Shown here: positions 10,450-21,606 of the stretch, piece after piece
Position numbering within the stretch: the stretch's first letter is position 1
Layout: the number at the start of each line of letters is the position of its first letter
Program-made: the position numbers and the translations under genes
Assembly (NCBI GenBank): GCA_964558825.1
Contig: CAZLGB010000001.1
Coordinates: 1-59,012 of the forward strand
Source: an uncultured Intrasporangiaceae bacterium
Lineage (GTDB): Bacteria > Actinomycetota > Actinomycetes > Actinomycetales > Dermatophilaceae
Length of the DNA: 59,012 nt
Direction: 5' to 3'
The notes under the pieces: generated by a model
What the model saw: only the letters and a program-made list of their open reading frames with translations
Told to the model about the DNA's origin: nothing
Database searches by the model: none

Positions 10450-11362
10450 GGGCGGCGGACTCGTCCTGGCCGAGGAGGGTCCCGCGACGCCGCGCCGGCG
10501 GCGCATCCTTCGGGTGCTCGTCACCGCGCTCGTGCTCGCCCTCCTGTATGCCGGGTGGGTGGGGGTGCGCGGGCTGCTCACGGGGTCGCCGTCGCCGACC
10601 TGCACGGCCAATGTCACCGGCGGGGCGGCCGAGGTGTCTCCCGAGCAGGCCGGTAATGCCGCGGTGATCTCCGGCGTCGCCGTCAAGCGCAAGCTCCCCA
10701 CCCGCGCGGCCGTCATCGCCGTCGCCACGGCCATGCAGGAGTCCAAGCTGCGCAATCTGCGCTTCGGCGACCGCGACTCCCTCGGCCTGTTCCAACAGCG
10801 GCCGAGCCAGGGCTGGGGCACCGCCGAGCAGATCCTCGACCCGGTCTACGCCAGCGGGGCCTTCTACGACCGGCTCGTCAAGGTCAAGGACTGGCAGAAG
10901 CGTCCGCTCACGGAGGTCGCCCAGGAGGTGCAGCGCAGTGCCGCGCCCACGGCATACGCCCAACACGAGGACGAGGCGCTCGCCCTGGCCTCCGCCCTGA
11001 CCGGGGCATCAGCAGCCAGCCTCGTATGCCGGCTCGGCGACGCGTCCGCCCCGGGCTCGGCCGCCGCCACGGTCGCCGCCCTCGGGGCCGAGCTCGGCGT
11101 CAAGGGCACGGCCACCGACGGCCAGGTCATCGTGCCTGCCGATGGCCAGACCGACTGGGCGGTCGGCGCCTGGGCGGTCGGCGCCTGGGCGGTCGCCCGC
11201 GCCGAGGCGTTGGGCATCACCGATGTCAGCGTGGGCGGGCTGGGCTGGAGTCGAGCCGATCCCGAAAGCTGGGTCGGCACAGGCGATTCGGCCAGCTCAA
11301 GAGGCTCTGGATCAGCGGGTGCCGCAGCCAGCCAGGTGGTCATCCTCCACGCCGCCGGCTGA
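10436..11362 (+). CDS. Conserved membrane-anchored/secreted protein of unknown function
   Basis: N-terminal Arg-rich segment plus TM helix. Conserved core [33 protein letters not shown]. Contains an in-frame WAVGA tandem repeat. Confidence 0.65.
   Translation: MPTTRGGGLVLAEEGPATPRRRRILRVLVTALVLALLYAGWVGVRGLLTGSPSPTCTANVTGGAAEVSPEQAGNAAVISGVAVKRKLPTRAAVIAVATAMQESKLRNLRFGDRDSLGLFQQRPSQGWGTAEQILDPVYASGAFYDRLVKVKDWQKRPLTEVAQEVQRSAAPTAYAQHEDEALALASALTGASAASLVCRLGDASAPGSAAATVAALGAELGVKGTATDGQVIVPADGQTDWAVGAWAVGAWAVARAEALGITDVSVGGLGWSRADPESWVGTGDSASSRGSGSAGAAASQVVILHAAG
11156..11197 (+). repeat. In-frame 15-nt tandem repeat (TGGGCGGTCGGCGCC, about 2.8 copies) encoding [13 protein letters not shown]
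   Basis: Read directly in the sequence and in the translation of ORF 10436-11362. Confidence 0.9.
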
Positions 11363-11376
11363 GCCGGCCGCCGGCG

Positions 11377-12681
<1,305 letters not shown>

Positions 12682-12751
12682 GTCAGCCAGCCTCTCTGTC
12701 GTTCGGCGAACAGCATGCGCCCCGCAGTTGAACGGACGTTACCCGAGCCGC

Positions 12752-13921
12752 CTAGGCCCCCGGACGTGAGCTTGCCGACAGGCGATCGGCGGCAGCTGCG
12801 ATGCGCTCGTCGGTCGCGGTGAGCGCCACGCGGACAAAACGGGCGCCCGCCTCACCGTAGAAACGTCCCGCCGCCGCGAGAATGCCGAGCTCGGCGAGCC
12901 ACCCGATGGTCTCCCAGCAGGACTCGTCACGGGTCGCCCAGAGATAGAGCCCCGCCTCGGAGTGCTCGATGCGCAGCCCGGCGCGCTCCAGCGCCGGCAC
13001 GAGCAGCTCGCGGCGCACGCCATACCGCAGCCGCTGCTCCTGCACGTGCTCGTCGTCGCCGAGCGCGGCGGTCATCGCCGCCTGCACCGGCCCCGGCAGC
13101 ATCATCCCCGCGTGTCGGCGCACCTCGCGCAAGATGCCCACCAGGGCCGGGTCGCCCGCGACGAAGGCCGCCCGGTAGCCCGCGAGATTGGACTGCTTGG
13201 ACAGCGAATAGACGGCGAGCAGGCCCTCGTGAGAGTCGCCGCACACGGCTGGGTCGAGGATCGACGGCGTCGTATGCCGGTTGGTCGAGGGCGCCAGTGG
13301 CCGCCGGTCGGCAGGCGCCCGCCAGTCGAGCTCGGCATAGCACTCGTCCGAGACGACGACGACGCCGTGCTGGCGGGCCCAGCCGACGACCTTGGCCAGA
13401 TGCTCGACCGGCAGCACGGCCCCGGTCGGATTGCCGGGGCTGTTGAGCCACAACAGTTTCGGTGTCGAGGCCCGGGTGAGCGGACCGAGCGCGGCCAGCC
13501 CCGAGACGACCTGCGGCGTGGCCCGCGCCAGCCGGGCACCGACGTCATAGGTCGGATAGGCGATGGCCGGGATGCCGACGATGTCGCCGGGCCCCAGCCC
13601 GAGCAGCGTCGGGAGCCAGGCCACGAGCTCCTTGCTGCCGATCGTCGGCAGCACCGACGCCACGGTGAGCCCGCTGACCCCGCGCCGGCGCGCGAACCAG
13701 TCGACGATCGCCTGGCGCAGCGCCGGGGTGCCGACGGTCAGCGGATAGCCCGGCGAATCGCTCGCGCCCACGAGGGCGCGCTGCACGACCTCGGGTGTCG
13801 GGTCGACGGGCGTCCCGACCGACAGGTCGACGATCCCGTCAGGGTGAGCCGCGGCAGTGGCCCGAAAGGGCTCGAGGGAGTCCCAGGGAAAGTCCGGCAA
13901 CCGCGGTGGCACGAGGGCCAC
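12752..13921 (-). CDS. dapC: Succinyldiaminopimelate aminotransferase (class I PLP aminotransferase)
   Basis: LWLNSPGNPTG, SDECY and YSLSKQSNLAGYR (PLP lysine) motifs. Adjacent to fdxA as in mycobacteria. GTG 13921 (or 13912) chosen because upstream sequence overlaps fdxA. Start uncertain. Confidence 0.8.
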   Translation of the reverse strand: MALVPPRLPDFPWDSLEPFRATAAAHPDGIVDLSVGTPVDPTPEVVQRALVGASDSPGYPLTVGTPALRQAIVDWFARRRGVSGLTVASVLPTIGSKELVAWLPTLLGLGPGDIVGIPAIAYPTYDVGARLARATPQVVSGLAALGPLTRASTPKLLWLNSPGNPTGAVLPVEHLAKVVGWARQHGVVVVSDECYAELDWRAPADRRPLAPSTNRHTTPSILDPAVCGDSHEGLLAVYSLSKQSNLAGYRAAFVAGDPALVGILREVRRHAGMMLPGPVQAAMTAALGDDEHVQEQRLRYGVRRELLVPALERAGLRIEHSEAGLYLWATRDESCWETIGWLAELGILAAAGRFYGEAGARFVRVALTATDERIAAAADRLSASSRPGA

Positions 13922-13965
13922 CGCGGGGCCACCCGACGCGGAGTCGGCGCCGGCCGAGGCGCCGC

Positions 13966-14289
13966 TCAGTGCTCGCCCTGCGGCGGCAGCGCCGCCACGA
14001 GCGCGTGGTCCTTGTTGATGAGGCCGAGCTTGGCGGCGCCACCGGGGCTGCCGAGGTCGTCGAAGAACTCGACATTGGCCTTGTAGTAGTCGGCCCACTC
14101 CGACGGCACGTCGTCCTCGTAGTAGATCGCCTCGACCGGGCAGACCGGCTCGCAGGCGCCACAGTCGACGCACTCGTCGGGGTGGATGTAGAGCATCCGC
14201 TCGCCCTCGTAGATGCAGTCGACCGGGCATTCCTCGATGCAGGCCTTGTCCTTGACATCGACGCACGGCTGGGCGATGACGTAGGTCAT
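13966..14289 (-). CDS. fdxA: 7Fe ferredoxin (3Fe-4S plus 4Fe-4S)
   Basis: [29 protein letters not shown]...[16 protein letters not shown] is the classic FdxA cysteine pattern. Confidence 0.92.
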   Translation of the reverse strand: MTYVIAQPCVDVKDKACIEECPVDCIYEGERMLYIHPDECVDCGACEPVCPVEAIYYEDDVPSEWADYYKANVEFFDDLGSPGGAAKLGLINKDHALVAALPPQGEH

Positions 14290-14394
14290 GTGAGCGGTCC
14301 TCCTACGGGACTCCGGTGATGAGCCCTAGTATGCCGAGTCCGGGCCGCTTGCACATCGGCGACCCCACCGCGTCGTGAGGTTCCTCGCGCGTCC

Positions 14395-15201
14395 TTGGTC
14401 ACGGAAGTGGGTCATGCCCGAATGAGCGTCGACGTGGCGCAGCTGGAAGAGGTCACCGTCGACGGATGGCGGGCGCTCGAGCAGGACGACCTCGGCGACT
14501 GGGTGTTGCGCGCCTCCAGCGGCTGGACCTCACGCGGCAACTCCGTGCTCACCGTGGGCGATCCGGGGCTCTCGCTCCCCCAAGCCGTCGGCGTCGCGCA
14601 GCGGTGGTATGCCGCCCGCTCCCTGCCGGCTCGCTTCTGTCTGCTCACCGATGCCGCCGGCGACCCGCTGCACCCGGCCCTGTTCACGGTGCTGCGCGAT
14701 GGCGGCGCGACGACGGCTCAGCCGACCTTGACGATGACCGCGCCCGTGGGTCAGCTCCCCCAGCTGACCGAGTCCTCGCCGCCCGTGACGGCCGACGCGG
14801 AGCTGACCCTGCCGTGGCTCACGGCGTTCGCGGCATACCGCGAGGTGTTGCCCGGCGTCGCCGAGGCGATCCTCACCGGGTCGCGCGCGCAGCTCTTCCT
14901 CGCCGTGCCCGGGGCCGAGGCAGGCGCTCAGGGGCACCCCGGCGCGACCCCACGAGCCATCGCCCGGATGTCGATCTATCCGGGTTGGGCGGGGATCCAC
15001 GCGATGTGGGTGGCCCCGGAGCATCGCCGTCAGGGCCTGGCGACCGCGATCGTCGCTGCCGTCGCCCAGTTGGGGCGCGACCATCACATGGGTGAGGTCT
15101 ATCTCATGGTCGAGCGCGACAACCAGGCCGCGGTCACGGCATACACGGCGATGGGGTTCGCACCCCACCACGGGCACCTCTACGCGACGCTGCCCGGCTA
15201 A
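14395..15201 (+). CDS. GNAT family N-acetyltransferase
   Basis: C-terminal acetyl-CoA motif VAPEHRRQGLATAIVAAV..YLMVERDNQAAVTAYTAMGF. TTG start per track; an ATG at about 14421 is an alternative. Confidence 0.7.
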   Translation: MVTEVGHARMSVDVAQLEEVTVDGWRALEQDDLGDWVLRASSGWTSRGNSVLTVGDPGLSLPQAVGVAQRWYAARSLPARFCLLTDAAGDPLHPALFTVLRDGGATTAQPTLTMTAPVGQLPQLTESSPPVTADAELTLPWLTAFAAYREVLPGVAEAILTGSRAQLFLAVPGAEAGAQGHPGATPRAIARMSIYPGWAGIHAMWVAPEHRRQGLATAIVAAVAQLGRDHHMGEVYLMVERDNQAAVTAYTAMGFAPHHGHLYATLPG

Positions 15202-16883
15202 CTGTGCGTGGGACCCGTGCACTGCACGGCGTTCTCGGGCAGATAGGACGTCGAGTAGTTCTCGGTCTTGATGACCTTGCCGCCCTGGCTGATGACCCGC
15301 TGCACGGTGATGTCGAAGCCGGGCACCGCGCTCATCGGCACACACGTCGGTGAGGCGTCAGTGAAGGTCTGCGGGGTGCGCGGGTTGGTCCGCGGGCCGG
15401 GGTTGGCCGTGACGTCGACCCACTTGGTGCTCCACATCCGGCCGTGGACCTGGCCGCCGGACACCCACATCTGCATGAGGATGCCGTAGGGGGAGGTGTT
15501 CTTCCACTTGTTGTCCAGGTCAGGCCAGGAGACCGTGGCCTCGCGCCCGGCGGGATAACGGCTGATGTAGAACGAGTGGGCCTTGTGCTCGACGAGCTGC
15601 ACGCCCGCGAACCACGACAGGTTGTAGATCACCGTCGACACCTGGGAGACACCGCCGCCCACCGTCTTCTGCAGGCGGCCGCCGTCGGCGATGAAGTTGC
15701 CCTCGAGGTAGCCCTTGGCCGTCGTGCGCTCGCCGAGGACGCCGTTCATGCTGAAGGTCTCGCCCGGCTTGATCAGCGTGCCGTTGATCGTGTTGGAGGC
15801 CACGGTGAGGTTGGTCGTGCGGTTGGGATCGGTCGGGAAGGCCGAGTCGAAGCTCGAGACGATCTCCTTGACCCCGAGGGCCGCCGCGCCGTCCGTCGTG
15901 AGGCTGGGCTGGGCCGTGGTCGTGTTGAGGGTGAACTTGCGGTCGGGAGCCGTCATCGCCGCGATGAGCAGGTCGGGAGCAGGAGCCGCGTCGACGGCGA
16001 CGCCCGGGACGGCGGGCACGACGGTCGGGGTGCTGCCCTGCAGGACGATCGTCGCGTCCTTGGCGGGCGTCACCATGGCGGATGTCGCCTTGACGACGGC
16101 CTGGCGCAAGGCGTCCTTGTCGAACTTCGGCACGAGCTTGCCTGCGTCGGCGACCATGGTGACGGCACCGGCATACTGCTCGGGGCTGATGGTGGCCGTC
16201 TTGTCGCCGACGACGATCGTCACCGGTGCCGACAGGGCCGGGGTGGCGAAATCGCGCACGGCGGCGTCGATGGCGGCCTGACCGACCTGAGGCTGGGTCA
16301 CGGTCGTGTCGGCAGTCACCGAGGCGACCCGGGGCCAGGCCTGCTCGACCTTGTGGACGGCGTCGGCGACGTCGAGCTTGAGGCCGGGGCTGGCCGGCGT
16401 GGACGTGATCTTGCCGTCGGTGAGGCTGACCGAGCCCTCCTTGGGCTGAGTCGCGACGGCAGCGGCCTTCTCGGTCACCACGGCGGTGAGCTTGTCGAGG
16501 TCGACGACCGTGCGCACCGGCCGGTCGACCATGCCGGTGAGCCGAGCCCAGATCTTGCTGGGGTCGAGGGTGAAGCCAGACAGGCCCTCGATCGTTCCGG
16601 GGATGTCGAGGTGCATGCCGGCAGCGGCGGGGTCGACCGAGATCGACGTGCCGGTGGTCCCGAGCTCGACCGTGACCGGTGCGGTGGCCTTCGCCGAGAG
16701 CTCCTTGGTCAGCCGCTCAGTGGCCTGCTCCGGGCTGAGCCCGCCGACGCTCACGCCGTCGACGAGGACCTGGCTGGGCATCTGCTGGCCGGTCCACCAG
16801 GCCAGCGCCGCGTAGGCCCCGCCCAGCACGAGTGCGGTGAGCACCAGACGCACCCCGATGCGTCCCCATTCAAGCCGAGACAT
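15198..16883 (-). CDS. VanW-domain protein with N-terminal membrane anchor
   Basis: TM anchor, then repeated G5/PG-binding-like region, then C-terminal VanW-like core (FSMNGVLGERTTAKGY..GGGVSQVSTVIYN..H..YISRYPAGREATV). Start at the internal ATG 16883. Confidence 0.8.
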   Translation of the reverse strand: MSRLEWGRIGVRLVLTALVLGGAYAALAWWTGQQMPSQVLVDGVSVGGLSPEQATERLTKELSAKATAPVTVELGTTGTSISVDPAAAGMHLDIPGTIEGLSGFTLDPSKIWARLTGMVDRPVRTVVDLDKLTAVVTEKAAAVATQPKEGSVSLTDGKITSTPASPGLKLDVADAVHKVEQAWPRVASVTADTTVTQPQVGQAAIDAAVRDFATPALSAPVTIVVGDKTATISPEQYAGAVTMVADAGKLVPKFDKDALRQAVVKATSAMVTPAKDATIVLQGSTPTVVPAVPGVAVDAAPAPDLLIAAMTAPDRKFTLNTTTAQPSLTTDGAAALGVKEIVSSFDSAFPTDPNRTTNLTVASNTINGTLIKPGETFSMNGVLGERTTAKGYLEGNFIADGGRLQKTVGGGVSQVSTVIYNLSWFAGVQLVEHKAHSFYISRYPAGREATVSWPDLDNKWKNTSPYGILMQMWVSGGQVHGRMWSTKWVDVTANPGPRTNPRTPQTFTDASPTCVPMSAVPGFDITVQRVISQGGKVIKTENYSTSYLPENAVQCTGPTHS

Positions 16884-17120
16884 GCACACCTTCCGCTGCT
16901 GTTGGACCCGCGGCGACCTCTGCGGCCCCCTCGCCGTCGGCCGGTCAGGGGCTGCCTGCTCGGCCACTGGGCACGGGCGATCCACGATAACGGACCATCC
17001 TGGGTGGTGTCCGCCGCTCCGAGGCGCTCAGGCGTGATTTGTCGGTCGGCGTCGGCTCGAGGACCGCTTTCGTGGGGCCAAAGCACCGGCCGGCGGCCGG
17101 CCCAGGTGGCACAGTGAGGC

Positions 17121-17948
17121 ATGACACAGGTCCCCGGAGCCCAGAACTTCCGCGCGAGCGGCACGGCATACGACCGCTTCATGGGGCGCTATTCGCGAGC
17201 GTTGGCCCCGCTCTTCGCCGATGCCGCCGGGCTGGGCGGACCCGGCTCCGGCGCCACGGCCCCGGTGACGAGCGCGCTCGACGTCGGGTGCGGGCCCGGT
17301 GCCCTCACCGAGGTGCTCGTCGCCCGCCTCGGAGCGGGCGCCGTGGGTGCCTGCGACCCCTCGGAGTCCTTCCTCGCTGCCGTCCACGAGCGCTGCCCGG
17401 GAGTCGACGTGCGGCCGGGGTCGGCCGAGGCCCTCCCCTTCGCCGACGCGGCCTTCGACGCGGCGCTCGCCCAGCTGGTGCTGCATTTCGTCCACGAGCC
17501 CGATCGGGCGGGCGCGGAGTTGCGCCGGGTCGTGCGGCCCGGCGGGGTGGTGGCGGCGTGCAGTTGGGACTTCGCCGAGCAGATGCAGCTGCTGCGGTCC
17601 TTCTGGGATGCCGCTCTGGCCGTGCGCCCCGACGCCCCCGACGAGGCCCAGGTGCTGCGCTTCGGGCGCCGCGGCGAGATCGCCGACCTCTTCTCGGGCG
17701 CGGGGCTGCGCGATGTCGCCGAGGGCACCCTGCAGGTGGAGTCGACCTATGTGGACTTCGCGGAGCTCTGGTCGGGCTTCCTGTTGGGGATCGGCCCAGC
17801 CGGGGCCTTCTGCGTCGGGTTGCCCGAGGCCGAGCGTGACGCGGTGCGCGCCGAGCTGTTCGCCCGGCTCGGCGCCCCGGCCGGGCCGATCACCATGTCG
17901 GCTCTCGCGCGGTATGCCGTGGGTCGAGTCCCAGCCCGGTCCACCTGA
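17121..17948 (+). CDS. Class I SAM-dependent methyltransferase
   Basis: LDVGCGPGALTEVL motif I, LPFADAAFDAALAQLVLHFV and RVVRPGGVVA motifs. Confidence 0.8.
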   Translation: MTQVPGAQNFRASGTAYDRFMGRYSRALAPLFADAAGLGGPGSGATAPVTSALDVGCGPGALTEVLVARLGAGAVGACDPSESFLAAVHERCPGVDVRPGSAEALPFADAAFDAALAQLVLHFVHEPDRAGAELRRVVRPGGVVAACSWDFAEQMQLLRSFWDAALAVRPDAPDEAQVLRFGRRGEIADLFSGAGLRDVAEGTLQVESTYVDFAELWSGFLLGIGPAGAFCVGLPEAERDAVRAELFARLGAPAGPITMSALARYAVGRVPARST

Positions 17949-17999
17949 TCTCGGAGTAAGCGCTTGACCGGCGGCTTTTCCGGCGGGACTGCGGACGAA

Positions 18000-18054
18000 G
18001 TCGTGTCGGCCTGTCGTGCCGGCCTAGTCGTGCCGGCCTAGTCGTGCCGGCCGA
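18000..18054. repeat. About 4 tandem copies of a 14-bp unit (GTCGTGCCGGCCTA) spanning the stop codon of the flavin reductase gene
   Basis: GTCGTGTCGGCCT / GTCGTGCCGGCCTA / GTCGTGCCGGCCTA / GTCGTGCCGGCCGA. The last unit encodes the C-terminal GRHD. Two units contain CTA (TAG on the minus strand). Confidence 0.85.
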
Positions 18055-18547
18055 AGGCGCCGCGGAAGTGGGTGAGGGCCGCCGGGGGGTCCTGCGCCAA
18101 GGTCAGCCCGACGACCTCGCCGACGACGATGGAGTGGTCGCCGCCAGGATGCACCGCGACGGTGCGCACCTCGAGCCAGCCAAGGGCGTCGTCGACGAGC
18201 GCCGCGCCGGTCAGCTCACCGCGGTGGCAGGCCACCGGGTCGAGCTGCCCCACGAGCGGGCGGCCGCGGGTCGCCAGCCAGGCCGCCGTCCCGCGCGCGC
18301 CGGCTCCGAGGATGCTCACGCCCCACTCTCCGGCAGCGACGACAGCATCGTGGAAACGGGTCTCCACCTCGACGCAGACAAGCACGAGGGGCGGGTCGAG
18401 CGAGACCGAGGTCAACGAGTTGGCCGTCATCGCGTGGTCGAGCCCGTCGACCACGCACGACACGACGGTGACGCCGGTGACGAAGCGCCCCAGGGCGGCG
18501 CGGAAGGCGTCGGCACTGACCTGCGCGGACGGCATACCGCTGATCAT
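18038..18547 (-). CDS. Flavin reductase-like FMN-binding protein
   Basis: FRAALGRFVTGVTVVS..MTANSLTSVSLDPPLVLVC is the flavin reductase domain signature. ATG 18547 overlaps the mshB stop (ATGA). Confidence 0.8.
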   Translation of the reverse strand: MISGMPSAQVSADAFRAALGRFVTGVTVVSCVVDGLDHAMTANSLTSVSLDPPLVLVCVEVETRFHDAVVAAGEWGVSILGAGARGTAAWLATRGRPLVGQLDPVACHRGELTGAALVDDALGWLEVRTVAVHPGGDHSIVVGEVVGLTLAQDPPAALTHFRGAFGRHD

Positions 18548-19422
18548 GCCTCGCCGAGCAGGCCATGCGCCCACGCGGTCGCGCCTCGGGACATCCGCGT
18601 GCCGGTCCGCGGGTCCCACCTCACGAAGGCCTCCCGCCCCGGCAGCCGGGCGGCCACGAGATTGGAGAGCGCGTAGTAGTCGTCATCGACGGTGACCTGG
18701 GTCCGGTGGGCGCGCAGCGCATCGCGCTGTCGGGGCACCGCGCCGGGGTCGACGACGACGTGGGTGACGAGCTCGTCGGCGACGACCGACGGTGGATAGG
18801 GCTCGTCGAGGGTCGGCACGTGCAGACCGCCGTCAGCGGGGACGTGCGCGGCAAGCCACTCACGATCCTGCCGTGCCCAACTTTGCGGGACGACGATTTC
18901 GTATGCCGCGCAAGGCAATTCGTCGTCCACAGCCTGGGCGAGGGCGGCCTGGACGACCCGCCGGGTCTGCACGTGATCGGGGTGCAGGTATCCGCCGTCG
19001 ACGTCATAGGTGACGACGACATCGGGCGACGTCGCGCGCAGATGGGCCAGCAGCACCTCGGCGGCCACCTGGACATCGGCGCTCGCGAAGGCCCGCGGAT
19101 GATGCGCCGACGGCGTGCCGGCCATCCCGCTGTCGCGCCACCGCGGCATACCCTGGGCGTCCGTGTCGGCGCCCAGCAACGAATGCCGAGCCCCGAGCCG
19201 GCGCATGGCCTCGTCGAGCTCGCCCCGGCGGAAGACACCGAGTTGCTCATCGCCGGTGGCCTCGAGGTGACGCAACTCGGGCGGGATGACCTCGCCCTCC
19301 TCGCCGAGCGTGCAGGTCAGCACCTCGACCTCGTGTCCGCGGGCGAGGTAGTGCGCCGCGGTCACGCCGGTGGTCAGCGTCTCGTCATCAGGGTGGGCGT
19401 GGACGAGCAGCAGCCGCGCCAT
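18544..19422 (-). CDS. mshB: N-acetyl-1-D-myo-inositol-2-amino-2-deoxy-alpha-D-glucopyranoside deacetylase
   Basis: LLVHAHPDDETL, GY.HPDH and the overall LmbE/MshB pattern. 292 aa. Confidence 0.9.
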   Translation of the reverse strand: MARLLLVHAHPDDETLTTGVTAAHYLARGHEVEVLTCTLGEEGEVIPPELRHLEATGDEQLGVFRRGELDEAMRRLGARHSLLGADTDAQGMPRWRDSGMAGTPSAHHPRAFASADVQVAAEVLLAHLRATSPDVVVTYDVDGGYLHPDHVQTRRVVQAALAQAVDDELPCAAYEIVVPQSWARQDREWLAAHVPADGGLHVPTLDEPYPPSVVADELVTHVVVDPGAVPRQRDALRAHRTQVTVDDDYYALSNLVAARLPGREAFVRWDPRTGTRMSRGATAWAHGLLGEA

Positions 19423-20502
19423 CTAGAGGACCGCACGCTCCTCCGGGAAATGGCAGGCGACGAAGTGTCCGGGGCTCAGCTCGCGGCGCTCGGGAACCTC
19501 TGCGGCGCAACGATCTTCGGCCTTGGGGCAGCGCGTGCGGAAGACACAGCCACTCGGCGGGTTCTGCGGGCTGGGCAGGTCGCCCTTGAGCAGGATGCGC
19601 GCCTTGGTCTCGCCCTTGCGCGGGTCGGGCACGGGCACGGCCGACAGCAGCGCGTGAGTGTAGGGGTGCAGCGGCGCTTCGTAGAGCTCGTCGCGGTCGG
19701 CTTCCTCCATGATCTTGCCGAGGTACATGACGACGACGCGGTCGGAGATATGCCGCACGACCGACAGGTCGTGGGCGATGAAGACATAGGCGAGGTTCTG
19801 CTCGGCCTGGATGTCCTCGAGGAGGTTGACGACCTGTGCCTGGATCGACACGTCGAGGGCCGACACCGGCTCGTCGCAGACGATGAGCTTGGGCCGCAGG
19901 GCAATGGCCCGGGCCACCCCGATGCGCTGTCGCTGGCCGCCGGAGAACTCGTGCGGATAGCGGTTGTAGTGCTCGGGGTTGAGCCCGACCCGCTCCATGA
20001 GGTCCTGGACGGTCTTGCGGGTGCCGCCCTCGGGCGTCATCTTCTGGATCTCGAAGGGAGCCGCGATGATCGAGCCGATGGTCTGGCGCGGGTTGAGCGA
20101 GCCATAGGGGTCCTGGAAGACCATCTGCATCTCGCGCCGCAGAGCGCGCAGGTCGGACCCGTCGATGTGGGTGATGTCGCGGCCCTCGAACTCGATGGTG
20201 CCCGCGGTGGGCTCGAGCAGGCGCAGCAAGGTGCGCCCGGCGGTCGACTTGCCGCAACCTGACTCCCCCACCAGGCCGAGGGTCTGCCCACGGCGGACCT
20301 CGAAGGAGATCCCGTCGACGGCCTTGACCGGGTTGTCCGGCCGCTTGACGAGGGTCTGCTTGAACTGCGGGAAGTGCTTGGTGAGATTGGTGACCCGCAG
20401 CAACGGGGCCTCGCCGGTCGGCTTCGTCGCCGTTGCGGTCGCGGTCCCGGCCGTGGCGGAGGCCCCCGAGTCGGCGGGCATGGTGGCGTCGGTGGTCGTC
20501 AT
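19423..20502 (-). CDS. Oligopeptide/dipeptide ABC transporter ATP-binding protein (OppF/DppF type)
   Basis: Walker A GESGCGKST, signature FSGGQRQR, Walker B LIVCDEPVSALD and C-terminal oligopeptide-type Cys motif. Start at the internal ATG 20502. Its stop abuts the mshB start. Confidence 0.9.
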   Translation of the reverse strand: MTTTDATMPADSGASATAGTATATATKPTGEAPLLRVTNLTKHFPQFKQTLVKRPDNPVKAVDGISFEVRRGQTLGLVGESGCGKSTAGRTLLRLLEPTAGTIEFEGRDITHIDGSDLRALRREMQMVFQDPYGSLNPRQTIGSIIAAPFEIQKMTPEGGTRKTVQDLMERVGLNPEHYNRYPHEFSGGQRQRIGVARAIALRPKLIVCDEPVSALDVSIQAQVVNLLEDIQAEQNLAYVFIAHDLSVVRHISDRVVVMYLGKIMEEADRDELYEAPLHPYTHALLSAVPVPDPRKGETKARILLKGDLPSPQNPPSGCVFRTRCPKAEDRCAAEVPERRELSPGHFVACHFPEERAVL

Positions 20503-20515
20503 CGCTTGCTCGCCT

Positions 20516-21592
20516 TCACAGCCGCGGCTGGACGTCGGCGTCGAAGAGGTCTCGGCGCCGCTGGACGGGGATATGGCAGCGCACGAGGTGATCGCCGCCG
20601 GCATCCACGAGGTCGGGCACCTGCGTGCGACAGGCGTCGCCGGCGACCTCGCTGCGATAGGTGCAGCGCGGGTGGAAGGCGCATCCCGAGGGCACGTTGA
20701 TGAGCGACGGCGGGTTGCCCGGGACCGGGTTGAGCCGGGCCATCCGGGCGCGGTCCAACCGCGGCATCGACGTGAGCAGCCCCCACGCGTAGGGGTGCTG
20801 CGGGGTGTAGAAGACGTCGTCGACCGATCCGTGCTCGACGGCCTTGCCGCCATACATGACGAGGATCTCGTCGGCCATCTCGGCGACGACCCCGAGGTCG
20901 TGGGTGATCATGATGATCGCCGAGCCGAACTCCTGCTGGAGCTTGCGCATGAGGTCGAGGATCTGCGCCTGCACGGTGACGTCGAGGGCCGTGGTCGGCT
21001 CGTCGGCGATGAGCAGGCTGGGGTCGTTGGCCAGTGCCATGGCGATCATCGCGCGCTGGCGCATGCCGCCGGAGAACTCGTGCGGGTATTGGTCGACCCG
21101 GCGAGTCGGGCTGGGGATGCCGACGAGGCCGAGCAGCTCGGTCGCGCGGGTCTTGGCGGCCGCCTTGGACGTGTCGGGGTGATGCACCCGGATCGCCTCG
21201 ACGATCTGCGCGCCGATCGTGTAGTAGGGGTGCAGCGCCGAGAGCGGATCCTGGAAGATCATCGCCATCTTGTTGCCGCGCAACTCGCGCATCCGCTCGT
21301 CGGAGACCGTCATGAGGTCTTCGCCGTCGAGCCAGATCTCGCCGGAGGCCAGGGCACGGGTGCGCCGGTGCAACCCGAGAATGCCCTGGCTGGTCACCGA
21401 CTTGCCCGACCCCGACTCACCGACGATGCCGATGGTCTGGCCGCGTTCGAGATGGAAGGTCAGCCCGTCGACGGCCTTGACCAGGCCGTCGTCGGTCGGG
21501 AAGTGCACCTTGAGATTGCGCACGTCGAGGTATGCCGTGTCGGTCGCCTTCGCGACCGGGGGCGTGGCCGTGGAGGTCGGCTGGGAGGTCAT
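20516..21592 (-). CDS. Oligopeptide/dipeptide ABC transporter ATP-binding protein (OppD/DppD type)
   Basis: Walker A GESGSGKSV, signature FSGGMRQR, Walker B LLIADEPTTALD. Start at the internal ATG 21592. Confidence 0.9.
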   Translation of the reverse strand: MTSQPTSTATPPVAKATDTAYLDVRNLKVHFPTDDGLVKAVDGLTFHLERGQTIGIVGESGSGKSVTSQGILGLHRRTRALASGEIWLDGEDLMTVSDERMRELRGNKMAMIFQDPLSALHPYYTIGAQIVEAIRVHHPDTSKAAAKTRATELLGLVGIPSPTRRVDQYPHEFSGGMRQRAMIAMALANDPSLLIADEPTTALDVTVQAQILDLMRKLQQEFGSAIIMITHDLGVVAEMADEILVMYGGKAVEHGSVDDVFYTPQHPYAWGLLTSMPRLDRARMARLNPVPGNPPSLINVPSGCAFHPRCTYRSEVAGDACRTQVPDLVDAGGDHLVRCHIPVQRRRDLFDADVQPRL

Positions 21593-21606
21593 CTGAGGGT
21601 GCCCTT

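Noticed and set aside
17971-17990. CCGGCGG-CTTTT-CCGGCGG as a terminator between the convergent methyltransferase and flavin reductase genes
   Set aside because: The two arms are direct repeats, not inverted, so no hairpin forms.
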